A stretch of 64,000 nucleotides of DNA from Eukaryota sp. GEM-RC1 (GCA_040285855.1 JAUFOQ010000002.1:930001-994000), one strand, 5' to 3'. Numbered from the stretch's first letter, positions 48,419 to 61,209 are shown. Translations and numbers: made by a program. The notes: generated by a model from the letters alone, not told the origin.

Positions 48419-50539
48419 GGACATCTGTAAGTAGCAAACTTTTGAAGTGTTTTAAGAGAATTTGTAAACTTGCGGCACAAAATTTGTAAACTTGCGGCAT
48501 AAAACTTCCTCATCCAAAAACTCTTCAAATGCCAAAGAGACGTTGCTGTGACATCAGCAACCTTCCTGATGAATTACGAAAACCCTTTGTCTCCATTAAT
48601 GAAGCTTTCCAAGAATGTTTATCATATTATTCCCAACAAGGTTACAGCCTCTGTAAGAGAAAGACTAACGCAAGAGGATCTTATTTCCATTGTAATCGTG
48701 GGTCCTCTCGACTTACCCATGATGATGAAGGTTCTTCACGTAACACCAGGTCTTTCCAACTCTCATGCCCATTCCGAATATATTGTGCCTTAACATCGAC
48801 GTACATCTTAGAAGGTGTCGGTGTTTACTTAGACACTCCTCAATTTACCCTTGATATACAATGTAGTGACCACAATCATGATGGTGCTTTCAACATTAAC
48901 GTCTTCTCTGCCCACAGATGGAAGTCTTTAACTCCTGAAACAAAGCTTAAAGTAGAAAAAACCTTGGCTACATGTCGTAGTGTAAGGATTACTCGTGATA
49001 TACTCTTTCAAGAAGGAATAAGGAATCTAACATTAACTGATCTTTATAATATAAATCGCCGAAGAAAAGAAAGAGCAATTGGAAACAGTTCTGCATTAGA
49101 CTACCTTATTAACACCTACTCTGATGATGTAGACTTTGAATTTGAAATTGATGACAACGGAAACATAGATCACTTGCTAATGGTATGTAAGGACAACAAA
49201 GAACTTTTCAAACAATTTAATTCTATAGTTATTATGGATTGTACTTATAGCACTAATAAGCATAAGTTCCCCCCTCATGTCAATTGTTGGATGGATTTTT
49301 AACACATTCGACGAATTAATGGGTTGTCGTCCAAAAGTTGTATGCACAGACGCCGATAAAGCCTTACTAAAAGCTGTAGCAGTTCACTGGCCGAATGTTA
49401 GTCAAATGATATGTTATTGGCACGTCATAAGGAACATTGCGACCAGAAATCACATTTCAAAAAATGATCGTTGGCCTGAATTTTACAAATACTGGAGAAC
49501 TGTAGTAAACTCATATACAGAAGAACAATTCATATTTGCATGGAATAAGCTAAAAATGACATGGCATTCAGTTTCGGACTTTGATAGTATAGTTGCCTAC
49601 ATCGAATCACAGTGGCTCCCATTGAGAGAATTTTTTATAAGATGCTGGGTGGATCAATATACTCATTTTGGATCCTATTCAAGTCAGAGAGTCGAAGGTT
49701 CACATGCTCATTTGAAGAACAATCAAAAAATGAGCAACATGACTTTGTTCGAATCTTCAGAACGCGCAATTGAAGTCATGAGAAGATCAGCTGAAGAAAG
49801 AAACTTTGATATTGAAAAGAAAAACATCAGAGATTGACAAAGATTGCTGGAGAACCAATGTTCAACAGACTCCATGGAAAAGTATCAGCAGAAGCTCTAG
49901 AAATGGTTCACCAACAGTACCTAAAGATGCTACGGCTGCAAGAAGTTGAAGAAGAAGATCCTTTTAGTGAAGATCTTGATTGTAAAGGATATCATAGAAG
50001 AGTGTACGGTATACCATGTGCTCATGAGCTACTACAGGTGCGGAAACGACTTACTCTGGAAGACTTTCATGTGCAGTGGTTGCTACAGAAAAGCAATGAA
50101 GAAGATTCTGAGGATGAAGAAGATGTGATCGATATTTTGTATCGTAACTGGGAGTCCTACACAAGTGTGCAGCAGATAAGAGCAAGAAAATATCTGGAAC
50201 AAGCACTGCAAGTCATTAATGAACCTCTTCTGCCTCCATCTGAAGAACATGCAAACACTGACGTGCAAGAGCCCATCCGAACAAATACTGCTGATCAATC
50301 AAATCCGATTCCGAGAAAGAAAGCTGTTTGTAAGAACTGTAATGCATTAGGTCACTACCAAAAGACCTGCAAACAACCATGTGGAAATTGTGGTGAAATT
50401 GGTCATAAGCGTAAAGAATGTACAGTACAAGTTGTAGATTTGCAATAAAGATGTTCTAGAAGTATATATCAGACACAGGAGGAGAAGAAGTTTTATGCCG
50501 CAAGTTTACAAATTTTGTGCCGCAAAAAAACAGTTGTCC
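48419..50539 (+). mobile_element. Mutator-like (MULE/FAR1 type) DNA transposon
   Basis: 39-bp perfect inverted repeat 48470-48508 / 50487-50525; outer ends GGACATCTG / CAGTTGTCC; no TSD found. Confidence 0.85.
48529..50448 (+). pseudogene. MULE transposase (FAR1-like DNA-binding domain, DDE core, SWIM, two CCHC knuckles); frameshifted and apparently internally deleted
   Basis: CNRG...CPFRI...HNH, MDCTYSTN, TDADKAL, CYWH, SQRVEGSHA, GIPCAH, CKNCNALGH..KTC. Confidence 0.88.
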
Positions 50540-50550
50540 GTGTTTTAAAC

Positions 50551-51222
50551 CATAGTACGGAAAAACACGTGTTCTTCTAGTTACGACACGTTCAGAACAC
50601 GTTCACACTCAACACCGTGTTGAACACCGCTAAAACACCGCCACCCAACCACCCAAACTTTTCATCCAATCCTCTCATCAAAAGTGTTTGACCTTCAGTG
50701 ATCGAATACATAGTACTTCTATGTGCATTCGTGGCACAACCTTTACAATCGTATCATTACTAGTCACGATAATTTCAGATGCATTATGAGTATAAAGAAA
50801 AGATATTTATCTATAAGACACAATTCAAGACTACCCACCTTGCTTCCAAGTCAAAAAATCAGTTTCATTGGTGCTGTAAATTGAAGCCCGTTTCATCTTG
50901 AACAATTTGGAGACTCAGATGAAGTTACCCACTAATTGTGAAGTGTATAGTTCAAAATTCTTGAAATGCTAACTACTGTAGTGGATAACTTCTATTCACG
51001 TTCAATCAGTGACTATCAATTCCAGATTCAAAGAGCTCCTATTTGTTCTCATCACGTTTTATTCAGTAAAGAATGATATATTTGAAACCATTTTAATACG
51101 ACAGCTTGAAACAATCAACAACTAAAAACACCGCAACTCACCCTTCAAAAAAATACAACACGTTCAGAACACGTTCACACTCAACACCGTGTTCAAACAC
51201 GCCCGGTGTTTTCCGTACTATG
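50551..51222. mobile_element. Non-autonomous hAT-type MITE, family C
   Basis: TIR CATAGTACGGAAAA; perfect 8-bp TSD TTTTAAAC (50543-50550 and 51223-51230); ~36-bp internal direct repeat near each end. Confidence 0.92.
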
Positions 51223-51276
51223 TTTTAAACACTATTTTTGAACTTAGAGACACCTCCACTAACCGTTCTCTCAACA

Positions 51277-51552
51277 ATGTCGGTACCCTTTTCACAAATA
51301 GAATTTCAACGTCTACTTGAGGACAACCAGCAGTTGATTCTTCAGATCCTTGATTGTCAAAGACAGTCCGACTATCAACGTGCTCTTACTCTCCACAATC
51401 AAATACACAAAAACCTGACTAGATTAGCGGCATCAGCAGATTTCGCATTAGTTGCTTCCCAAAGTTCATCCTTTTGGCCTCCTGGACTTCCCATGAGCTC
51501 ATATTGGCCAAATTCCGCTGATTTACCTCCCAAACCTCCGAATTCTCAGTAA
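51277..51552 (+). CDS. SS18/SSXT-domain (GIF-like) SWI/SNF-associated protein
   Basis: FQRLLEDNQQLI..I...Q........HNQIHKNL..LA..AD pattern of the SSXT N-terminal domain. Confidence 0.8.
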   Translation: MSVPFSQIEFQRLLEDNQQLILQILDCQRQSDYQRALTLHNQIHKNLTRLAASADFALVASQSSSFWPPGLPMSSYWPNSADLPPKPPNSQ

Positions 51553-51620
51553 CTATCATCTTATCTATATTTTTATCTGTCCACTACACACATTTCTCAA
51601 CAGTGTTGTTTCTAAACAAC

Positions 51621-52061
51621 CTAAACCAAACTTCTATCATATTCTAATCGTTTTTGAGGATTCGTCAAAGTCTTGTAAGCAGTGTTAACATCAGACCACT
51701 TGTCCTCACATTGCTGTACCGTAGACAATGTACAGCGGTCTGGGTGATATATTTTAGCCAGCTTTCTATAGCTCTTGGTTAGTTGTTTTGTTGAAGCTGT
51801 TTTTTTCACTTCTAATACATCATATAACGATTTTTCAAATGTGGAATATGAAGATGGCAAAAACGATATAACCGTGGATGATGTCAGCAGTAGAAGAACA
51901 ACAACAATCAATATCCTAATACACAACGAAGGTTCATCTGGTTTGAAGTCTAAATCATTGATGAGAGACTTTTCACTGAGGTCGTTTTCATCATAGTCAG
52001 ACTCCGTCAAGTCAACATGAGAGTTGTTACTGTTAACGGGGTCGTCAATGGGGTCGCACAT
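51621..52061 (-). CDS. Membrane-anchored DnaJ-domain protein
   Basis: TM segment then LYDVLEV...YRKLAKIYHPD...AYKTL.NP.KR.EYD. Confidence 0.92.
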   Translation of the reverse strand: MCDPIDDPVNSNNSHVDLTESDYDENDLSEKSLINDLDFKPDEPSLCIRILIVVVLLLLTSSTVISFLPSSYSTFEKSLYDVLEVKKTASTKQLTKSYRKLAKIYHPDRCTLSTVQQCEDKWSDVNTAYKTLTNPQKRLEYDRSLV

Positions 52062-52081
52062 TTTAAGAAACCAATTTTTTC

Positions 52082-52755
52082 ATGGGCATTCACCCAACTA
52101 TTGGTAAATTGTCTACATCCTGTAGAGGGATCGTCCCATATATAGCCCTGAGACGACGTTCCACCATCTCTTCCATCAATGAACTGGTTTCAACTTTAGT
52201 CATCACACTGTTCTTATCATTTGGAGGATCACTACTTACATCCTTATTGCTATCTACTCCAGTTCCTTGGTTATCTGACATGACAATTCCATTACATGCA
52301 TCAGTCTTACTTATCTTTACTATATTTCCCCGTTTAACCGGGTTATTTCTCTCTCCTTTGGTCTTTACTCTTTCTGGTATCATCTCCAACAAATTCTCTC
52401 ACGATTCCTTGATTTCTGCAATCATTGAATGTCAAAAGCTGGTCTGCCAATGTATACTTCAGCTCTTATTGGCTGGATTTCTGCTAACGGGGCTTCGCTC
52501 TGTACCTCTGTCTACCGTGATTTTATAAATGAGCCCATACTTCCCTGTCAAAAACTCCGTTTGTCGGATTTCTCTACAACTGTTTTTGCCTTGGCCTATG
52601 CTTATTCTCCTGCTGCTTTAGACCTTGCAATGGGATATAGATCAACTTTTGCATCTGTTTATGTTTTGGTTGTTATGAATTTTGAGTTTGTTCGTTTTAC
52701 GAAACAGTTTTTCAAAAAAACAGATAGAGTCAATTCAGAGGAGTCTAATGAATAA
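52082..52755 (+). CDS. Multi-pass membrane protein, possibly TRIC/TMEM38-like; frameshift near 52432
   Basis: SFGGSLLTSLLLSTP.PWL and LIGWISANGASL resemble the two glycine-rich TRIC repeats. Confidence 0.55.
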
Positions 52756-53312
52756 AGGGATTGTAATGAATAAAGGGATTGTAATTCAGTCTGTGCACCA
52801 TTGTGCATTGTGAAAACTATAACTGACAATTAAATATGTGTGAGACACATTGCGTCGAGCTTAATTCAGCTTATAATCTAAGCAAGTAAACACTGAACAA
52901 TCATAGTCAACACCATTAAAACACTGTACTGTAGGTTTGTACTTTTGTTTGACAATGTATAGCATGTGCATTTTATCACTAGAAAAGAATTAAGAAGAAA
53001 AGAATTAAGGATGACTATTCCAACTAATCAATGACTAAAGGATGAACGACTTTGGGTTTGTATTTTTGTCAACCACATTTTTTTAAAATAAAAATCAATG
53101 TAAGCAATTATGAAACTGTTTAATCAGTGACAAGATTAAATTTCCAATGAGCAAAGACTATTATGGGTTTAATGCCTTAAGTTAGTTGGAATTAAATTCC
53201 AACATACATTAGTTTTCCGAAATAAAACGGTGTTTATGATCAAACAGTGAAATACATGTACATGTACATAAATGCATTTGCAGAAGTTAATAACTAACAG
53301 ACACTAACTAAA

Positions 53313-54230
53313 GCACTTTTGCTATAATCTTGACAGAATTGACTAAAATCTTGACAACTTCTTACAACTCTCTCTTCGCATTTCTCACTTCAATTTGTTA
53401 TCAGGTAGAGTGTATCAAACAACTCAGTTGTGTGAGATCTACAACACAGCGTTCTCTGAGATATCATATTGTTTGTGTCTTCCAGAAAAAAGATGGTAGG
53501 ACCATATAGATGTGTATCGTGAATATATTATCATCATTATGCTTGAAGATATCTATTTGCTTGTGTCATCGAATGAATACTGTGTTTATTTGTATAAAGA
53601 TCATAACCTAATACATGTTCTTCAGTTGGGTACTGCTGATTTTGTTGAGTACAATCACATTCAATGTAATATGGATGTTGTTAACTCTACAACTGTGTTC
53701 AAGACTGTTGATCAGGTGACGTTGAAAAAACTTGTTAAGTGATTTCATTTATACAGATTCCGTAAGCTATATCATAATCAAGAATACAACACTTTGGCTA
53801 AGACAATGAGAATAAACTGAAAACATAACCAGACGTCATTCCTTAAAAAAAGATACCATGATGCAGATGATTTCAGAAGAGGAAGTTGTTGAGCCCCTAA
53901 CAGCTAAGATCATTTTCGAACACCAACAATAGACGCAAGCAGTTCACGTCCCTAACAGTAGTAGTGTAGTGGATCTACACTACTGCTATTTGTGAGTCAC
54001 ACATGTCATGGTTCTTGAAGAGAACCCATAAAGGAAAGTTCAGGATTCAAAGGACGATATGAAGACAGATGCAGATGAAACGGAAGTGAAGACATCATTC
54101 AAGGAAATATCCACTTCTGTCAAGATTCTAGCAAAAATGAGAAGTTGTCAAGATTCTAGTCAGTTTTGTCAAGAGGATAGTCAGTTTTGTCAAGATTTTA
54201 GTCAGTTTTGTCAAGATTATAGTCAAACTC
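53313..54230. mobile_element. Non-autonomous DNA element, probably Mutator-like
   Basis: Direct flanks TAACTAAA(G) at 53305 and 54231; imperfect inverted ends built from TAGTCAGTTTTGTCAAG-type 21-bp units; empty-site paralog at 30681-30883. Confidence 0.82.
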
Positions 54231-54515
54231 TAACTAAAGTATCTAAACTATGATCCTTCTGTCCATCACCGAACAACTTACCTAAAATTGAATTAAATTA
54301 TCTGTGCATTGAACGAAACCACGCAAACGTTAACCTACTCAACCAAAAATTTTCATTGAAAACTTTACTGTACTCAGAACACAATTTACCAAAGGAAATT
54401 AAAAAGCCTTGTGCATCGTCAAACAACATTCCCGTGTATCGACAAACGGTTGAAACACAACAGAGTTCTACCTGTCAACACTCAATTGGTTAATTATGTT
54501 TATAAGAGACACGTA

Positions 54516-55507
54516 CAGTCTTCCTTTGGTTTAGTGCCACCTCGGTTTAGTGCCACACCTCGGTTTAGTGCCAAATTTTCGCTTCCAAACATCTGTCGAT
54601 CGATCTTTTCCTTCTCTATCGACCGTACATCGATCGATCTCCTGTCTAACTATATGTACAATAAACACGCTTACATTCTATAGTCTTTGGCTTCACATTT
54701 GGAGCCCAACATTAACCTTTCTTCTCTTCACACACTTTCCTTCTGAAGATGCTGTACAAAGAGTCTTCTGTGTTATCTAGACATACTCTACACCAAATCA
54801 CGCCAAAACTGTCCCACTTCCTTTCTTCCTCTGTTCTCATCTTTTGTTTTGATATATATAAGGGTAGATTTGGGAGTGTATACAATTTGGACTCAACGGG
54901 AAGATTTTCCACGGTGACCGGACGACGGCTTTAGTAGAGACGTTTTGCTGGAGGAAGAAGGCACCAAGAACGTTGAATGAGCCCATATACCCGCTCAGGG
55001 GTTAGAATATCCTTCGTCTTGAAGGCAACCACATGTTCTTCCTCTTCGTTGACGGATTTCGCACGTCTATCTCCGTTTTCATTCCTTCAAATGCTTTCTA
55101 CACAACGTTCTCATCTGATTTCTCCTTTCAAATTCTTTCTTTGGGATGAGTTTTTGTCTTCTCCAAGCTTTCTGTTTCTGGGCTGATACTTCTTCAGTGA
55201 TCTCAGATGTACTTGTTGTCTGATAAACTTCATTCCTAGCTCTTCGTTGTTCGCTAAAACATCATAAATGATGTCAAATTTCTCAATGTGTCACTGCCTT
55301 TTTCTTGAAACCCTTCCTCTCCCATATGATGGCCAATGGTACCCCACTAGTGTCATCAGTAGATGTACGTCAGTCATAGCTTTTATTTCACATAACAATA
55401 AACATCCATCATCATCTGTTCACACTGCACGGAACAAACCCTCGATATAGTGCCGACCTCCGGTTTAGTGCCGGTCCAAACAGCGGCACTAAACTGAGGG
55501 AAGACTG
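54516..55507. mobile_element. Non-autonomous pogo/Tc1-type element
   Basis: TIRs CAGTCTTCC...GTTTAGTGCC and GGCACTAAAC...GGAAGACTG; TA on both flanks; repeated CCTCGGTTTAGTGCC. Confidence 0.88.
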
Positions 55508-55536
55508 TACATTTTTTCGAAAATACAAAAGATGAT

Positions 55537-55830
55537 CTAATACTCAATGTCATCAAAACAAGATTCCTTCGAATCGAACCTTGTTGAAGCTTTGTCTTCA
55601 TAAAACACACTTAGGGATAACAAAGCTTTTGAAATCATTGTGGGAACTGCCTTTAGATTCGTAAACACAATTCGGTTCTGCCAAAAGAACGATCAAATAT
55701 TGTGTTAGTTCTACGAGCTACAACCTTTGCAAATTCATCAAGGAACTTCAAGGCCAATTTGCCTAATCTACCATATATGGAAATCGCGAATGGGACAAGT
55801 GAATATTCAACATGGATTATGCTTATTACC
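55537..55830 (-). mobile_element. 3'-terminal fragment of RLE-type (CRE-like) non-LTR retrotransposon
   Basis: LVPFAISIYGRLG..A..FL...QNRIVF matches the end of the 47027-47598 fragment. Confidence 0.75.
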
Positions 55831-55975
55831 AACAATTACTACTACATTTAAATTCCTTGATGTAGATGCTGTGATAACCGATGAGTGTGGTCCTGATAAT
55901 AAATAGTACCACTTACAGACTATATTGTATGTAACAGCAGTCACTGAATGATTTTAATGAAAAGAAATCTCTTCA

Positions 55976-56707
55976 ATGTTCAACCTTTCTTTACACGGCA
56001 GGTCGTTACAGCATCGGTCGTCTCTGAATAACCCTTCTCTACGTTCTGGTTCCTCCTTTTCTCTTCCTGCTGCCAGAAATTCGTCTCGTCCACTTTCAGC
56101 TGTTGATCTTTCCAAATCATCTAGACGCAAACAGGTTCGACCACATTCCAGCAACCCTAGATTAGAGTCTACTCCCTCACAATCTACTCGTCCTGATCTT
56201 ATGTTAATTGGTAAGAATAACCAACGTCCTTCCCTTTCTCCTACAGAACAAGTTCTCTTTGAAACTGTTCGTTCTCGGGTACACTCAGTATCACCATCTC
56301 CTCCTTCTCCAATGCCTTCGCCAGATGTTTCCAGAGAAGAAGCAAGATCACCTACTCTAGAAGATCATGTCCTATTTACTCCTAAAAACTCGTGTATATC
56401 TAGTAACAATACCTTCGTAAGTAGACCCAGCAAATACGCTTTTTCTACACCTCTACATGTTGATTTCTCCCCACCTTCTCCTGAACACCATGAACCTCCT
56501 TCACCTCTACCCTCAACTACTTTCACAACCACCACTGATTTAATGATATTGGACACCATTTCACAGGGACTGTTCGGAGCTACAGAATCTATAATGGTTG
56601 ATCTGATAGGGAAACCCGATGAAGGGGACTCTGATGTAGTTGAAAGTGTAATGAAAAAGACACGGAAGTGTCTGTCGTTTAGAATGAATCAAGAATTTAC
56701 AGATTAA
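55976..56707 (+). CDS. Hypothetical Ser/Pro-rich protein
   Basis: 243-aa ATG-initiated ORF with codon style like neighbouring host genes; no recognised domain. Confidence 0.65.
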   Translation: MFNLSLHGRSLQHRSSLNNPSLRSGSSFSLPAARNSSRPLSAVDLSKSSRRKQVRPHSSNPRLESTPSQSTRPDLMLIGKNNQRPSLSPTEQVLFETVRSRVHSVSPSPPSPMPSPDVSREEARSPTLEDHVLFTPKNSCISSNNTFVSRPSKYAFSTPLHVDFSPPSPEHHEPPSPLPSTTFTTTTDLMILDTISQGLFGATESIMVDLIGKPDEGDSDVVESVMKKTRKCLSFRMNQEFTD

Positions 56708-56711
56708 TTTA

Positions 56712-58060
56712 TCAGTTTTCACAAAAATCACTGAGTTTGGCGACCTTTCCATTGATTATTTTGGAAATATTTACCAGATTTTTAGCAGGTTCTTGGAACC
56801 ATTCATCATGTAATTGTTTTAATTCTTGGATGGTAATGCTTGAAGTATTTGGCCTAAAGTCGGCTTCTTCTTCAACGGTTTCTTGTATTTTATTGTCAAG
56901 AGAATGGACTTTTTGATTTAAATGTGGGTCAATTTTGGGGAAATTTAAAATAAATGAGGAAGTTGAGCTCCTTGTGATATTGGCCGATAAGATGTTAATA
57001 AATTCCATTCTTTTGCACAATCAATCAAATAATGGTCGATATTGAAACTCTTCTGAATGGCTTCAGCAAGATAACCCCCAATATTTGAAATTTTGTTCAA
57101 TTTCTCTAAATTCGACAAATCAACGAACAAACTGTCAGATTTGGATTTAAAATCATTCCAAAACAATGAATGAATTTGATCCTTCAACAGTCTGTTTCTG
57201 TGAGTTTTGAACTCAATATCTTTCTCAAATTGAGTCACCCGAGCCTCGTGCTCTTGAATTTCTTTCATACAATTAGAAACAAAAGACTGATTGGCTTGAA
57301 GTTGTTGCTTTTCCAGTGCCAATTCAACACACATTTGCTTGATCTTCATGGTGACGTGCTTTTTGACCTGTTCCATGACTTTAATTGACTCTGATGATCG
57401 TGTGGTAGTCATTGTTGCTACCATTTTATTCGTAAGTGACGAGAGCAATCCTGTGGTCTTCTGTCTGTACTGTAGAGCTAGAAGAGAATCGTCAAGAAAG
57501 AGCTCATGAGGATCGGGCTGGGATTGGTTCTCGATAGGATTTGATTGGTCAAGATGCTGAAACTGAGAGATTCGTCGAAGTAGAAAGGTTTGCTGATCGA
57601 TGAGGGAGTCTATATTACCTTCAACGTAGAAGTCAGTGGATGGAATTGACTGGAGCCTGGAGTTCTGGACTCTAGAGACAATTGAGGATAATTGAGATTG
57701 ATGGCGAGATTTTAGTGACGAAAGTGTCTTGGTTAAGAGTCTGGACTTACATTGAGCAGAGATGGATGGAAGGGATATAGATGGTGTACATGCAGAATTG
57801 AATTCCGTGGTTAAACGATGATGTTTCGTTTGTAGAGAGTCAACAACGTGAGATGCATATGGATCAACGGTGTCAGTGAGGGGTAAAACGTTGTGAAGTT
57901 GAAGGTTCTTTGTAATATGCTCATAAGTTGGCCTATCTACAGTACATTTGTTTATGAACTTGATCAAGTCCTTTAAAGAAGAACGTTCTAGTCTGTGATT
58001 TGACTGTTGTGTGAAGAACATTTTTGAGAGAAAATCTTTCAGATCGATTCTGTTCTTCAT
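56712..58060 (-). CDS. Coiled-coil protein, possibly augmin subunit HAUS5; frameshift near 57010
   Basis: N-terminal IKFINKCTVDRPTYEHITKNLQLH and C-terminal EWFQEPAKNLV...ING resemble remembered HAUS5/AUG5 motifs. Confidence 0.5.
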
Positions 58061-58312
58061 TGTACTTTTGGTTCTCAGATTATATGGAGTTCTATTGTAG
58101 TAGATTACGGTAATCACAACTAAAAACTTCGTGTGCAATTGTTGTTTTAAGGCGAAACATTGTATAATTGCTTCACGTGATCGTAGATATTAGGAACGCA
58201 CTAACGAACATTAAGAGCAACATACTTATCTACAGCTGTTCCTGCATTAATTAAATTTATTGAGAATCTAGAAGTCTTAAAGATACATTGTGAGAGCAAA
58301 ACAAAAATAAAT

Positions 58313-60543
58313 CTATGACATTGCTTTACGGAGAGCATCGGATCGATCAAATGCGTATTCAGATGCTTTAATAACTTGAGCATGGTTTGTCTTCCAAATA
58401 GGAGGAAACGTATGACTTTTAGGCCAAATAGTTTGAACCTTAGTAACCAAAACAGAGGTCATATGCAATAGAACAAAACCACTCTTGACAGACTCATTGA
58501 TCTGTTCAATGTTAGAGTACAGGGAGACGACTTCCTCAGCTTTAACTTCTCCAGTTAACCAAGCAGTAATCAAATGACCCAAAGCGCCATCATAATTGAT
58601 TGAAAGATCACGGAGGGTGTCTCCAACAGACATGAAAGCAACAGGATGGTCAATGATAGGACGGCGATATCTAGTAGTGTACATATCAAGATAAATTGAC
58701 GAAAGATAATCACCCAAAGTTTTAGACAGGTGATTAGTCATACAAGTAAATCCCTTCACGTCAACAATCAAAGGACCCTTCCAATCAATCTCTTCTTTTC
58801 TATCAGTTTCAACAAAAGAAAAGATCTTTGATATTAAGTTAATAGCAGAATCCTGGACAGCTTCACCATCCTGGTTATCCACAACAAAAATAGGATCTTC
58901 ATTCAAAAGTCCTAACTGAAGTAACTCGTAGATATGGAGGAGCTGTCTCCAATACTGTCGTTTGTCGTTAACTACTTCAAAAAGGCAAGTCCATAGACTG
59001 AGATTTGGAACTCGTGACCAACAACAACCAAGAACCGTTCAATGAAGTAAACAAGCCACATAGTAGAGAAACACTTCAAAGATGACTTGTCCTCAGGCGC
59101 AAGTTCATACGGTGTCTTGAAAACATTCTTGTTAGCTACGTAATTCAATAAATCAATTGGATGAGGTAACTTAAAGGCTTCTCCAGTTCTTAAATAACTC
59201 CCAGCAAAGCGACCCAAGAAATCCCCACTAGTCACCATATCCGAAATACCCCCACACTCCACGCTATCACGATCACGAGTGTCATCAAGACGAAATCCCC
59301 GCCAATGGAAAACTCCGACAGACTTAAAATGGGGATTTTTCTTTGCTCTAATTAAAGAGGACAAGGTCTTGTAGTAGAGGGGTGAAAGAGACTGGGCTAA
59401 ATGGTACAAATGTTCAGAGTCTACAGATGGTCGTTCTAGGTAGTAACTAATGTCTTTTGAACATACAACTGTCAGTAAACGATAGTCAATAAAAGCCTGG
59501 GAAACAAGCAAGTGAGTAAAGTCAGAGAAAAGACGTTGGAAGTTATCATTGTTCCTGGTAATATGAGACGATTTGATTTGTTCGAGGGTGACTACAAAAG
59601 CTGATGACGTGGGCAGACCGTTTACTATAGAAGAAGTGTATTCAAAACTGAATACAGGGGCTTTGGTCATCCACGTGTCATACTGCTTTGCAGCAGCGGA
59701 ACTAACATTAGGGTCAAGTGATGAACAGAATTCGTCGAACTTATTGGATTTAAATATTTCTCTAAATTCAGAATTATTAAATCTCATGTTTTTCGAGTGA
59801 TGTGACTCAGATTTAGCGTTTGAGTCTTTATCAATAGCTGTTGCAATTAAATGAGCTTTCAACAAGAGCTCATTTGGGATATTGAAATGGTGAGCTACAA
59901 CATCCTGATATAAGATGAAGAAGCGGAAGCCAGAGGACGGAGACTGAGAAGTATCTGCTGTTGAAGAGCGACTAAACTCAGAAAGAACGTGGGAGCAGTA
60001 TAAAGCGAGATAAGTGTTTCCGAACACGTAGTCAACATGGTGTTGATGAAGCAAGGCAGCTAGTTGGGCGGGAACTTTGTAGGGAGCGTGGAAGAAGTCA
60101 ATGTTGTGGGATATAAGAATGGAGGTTACGTGGTGTTCAAGGAGAGGATCTTTGTGGTCTAGACGAAAGTTACGGAAGCGGTCCCCGGAAGCGGATTTAG
60201 AGTGAGCAGAGAAAGCATTGACGAGCCCAGTGTCAATAGTTTCAGATGGAATCTTACGTTTTGTAGAAAGAAGACCTGGAAAGACAAAAATGGGGTAAAT
60301 CCCATGTGAGAGGAGGGCAGATAGTGATTCTTCAAAAGCTCTTGTAAGAGAGCGAGGTACACCACCAATAGGCCAAACTTCCCAGTCAGAGGGGTTCATT
60401 TTTAAGACAGCATCAATGAACTGAGAAGCATCAAAAGCAATACGCTTGTTAGTAAGTTTGTCTAAAGGTAGCTCAACTCGTGCATGTTGAGCTAATCTGT
60501 TTAAGTCAAAGCCAGCGTGTGAGTTTTGTTGTTTAAATGACAT
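58313..60543 (-). CDS. MKT1-like XPG/PIN-fold post-transcriptional regulator; frameshift near 58980
   Basis: L..L....IAFDA, GGVP..L, GI.PIFVFPGL, FHAPY...AQLA; corrected frame contains ELLQLGLL. Confidence 0.75.
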
Positions 60544-60622
60544 AAATTGATGGGTACAAAAAGTAGTCAAGTTCTTTCTTGTAATGTCAATTTTCAGAAA
60601 AGCGTCAAATACGTGAATAATA

Positions 60623-61203
60623 CTGTCAACTACCGAATAGAGCCCCTACCGATTAGAGCCCCAGAGACAAGGGGCTCTAAAACAGAGCCCTACTGAATAG
60701 AGCCCTTATTTAAAAACACGTCACTAATTTAAATTTAAGATATTAAAACTAATAAATCGCTCCATTTTAAAAAAAATGACTAGACTAGTCCACATCAATT
60801 TCTTTTAACATGGCTCCAAGATCTCATCGTTCAAGAGCAGGAATTTCACACCACCGTGAACCCGTCTTACAGAACACAGACGTTCTCGAGCGCAAATGAC
60901 TGTTCGGTTTAAACAAAAGATACTTATTGAGCTAACAGGTGAAAAATGTGAAAGCTACTATGCTCTTAGAACCACTGAATTTGATTGCTGAAGACGTTCT
61001 AGCTTAATTTATCTGTGGCTCATAAACTTGACCTTTAAAATAATCGAACAATCATTGTTAATTTAATCAAAAGTGAGCTTAAAAACTACTGAATAGAGCC
61101 CTCACTTATAGCGGCTCTAAAACAGAGCCATACCGATTAGAGCCCCTATGTAATTTTTTTGTGGCTCTAAATTAGAGCCCGGGCTCTATTCAGTAGTTGA
61201 CAG
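60623..61203. mobile_element. Tc1/mariner-type MITE
   Basis: TIR CTGTCAACTAC(C/T)GAATAGAGCCC; TA flanks; AGAGCCC/GGCTCT subterminal arrays. Confidence 0.92.
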
Positions 61204-61209
61204 TATGTA

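Noticed and set aside
52746..52785. 18-bp tandem duplication spanning the TRIC-like stop codon and AATAAA
   Set aside because: Ordinary local slippage with no effect on the protein.
539..58985. Genome-wide programmed frameshifting (Euplotes-like), suggested by many split genes and AAA-TGA at 11589-11594
   Set aside because: Shifts go in both directions, nearly all fall in homopolymer runs, share no stop-linked motif, and in Nup98 they compensate without any stop. Long-read consensus error is the simpler explanation; short-read polishing would settle it.
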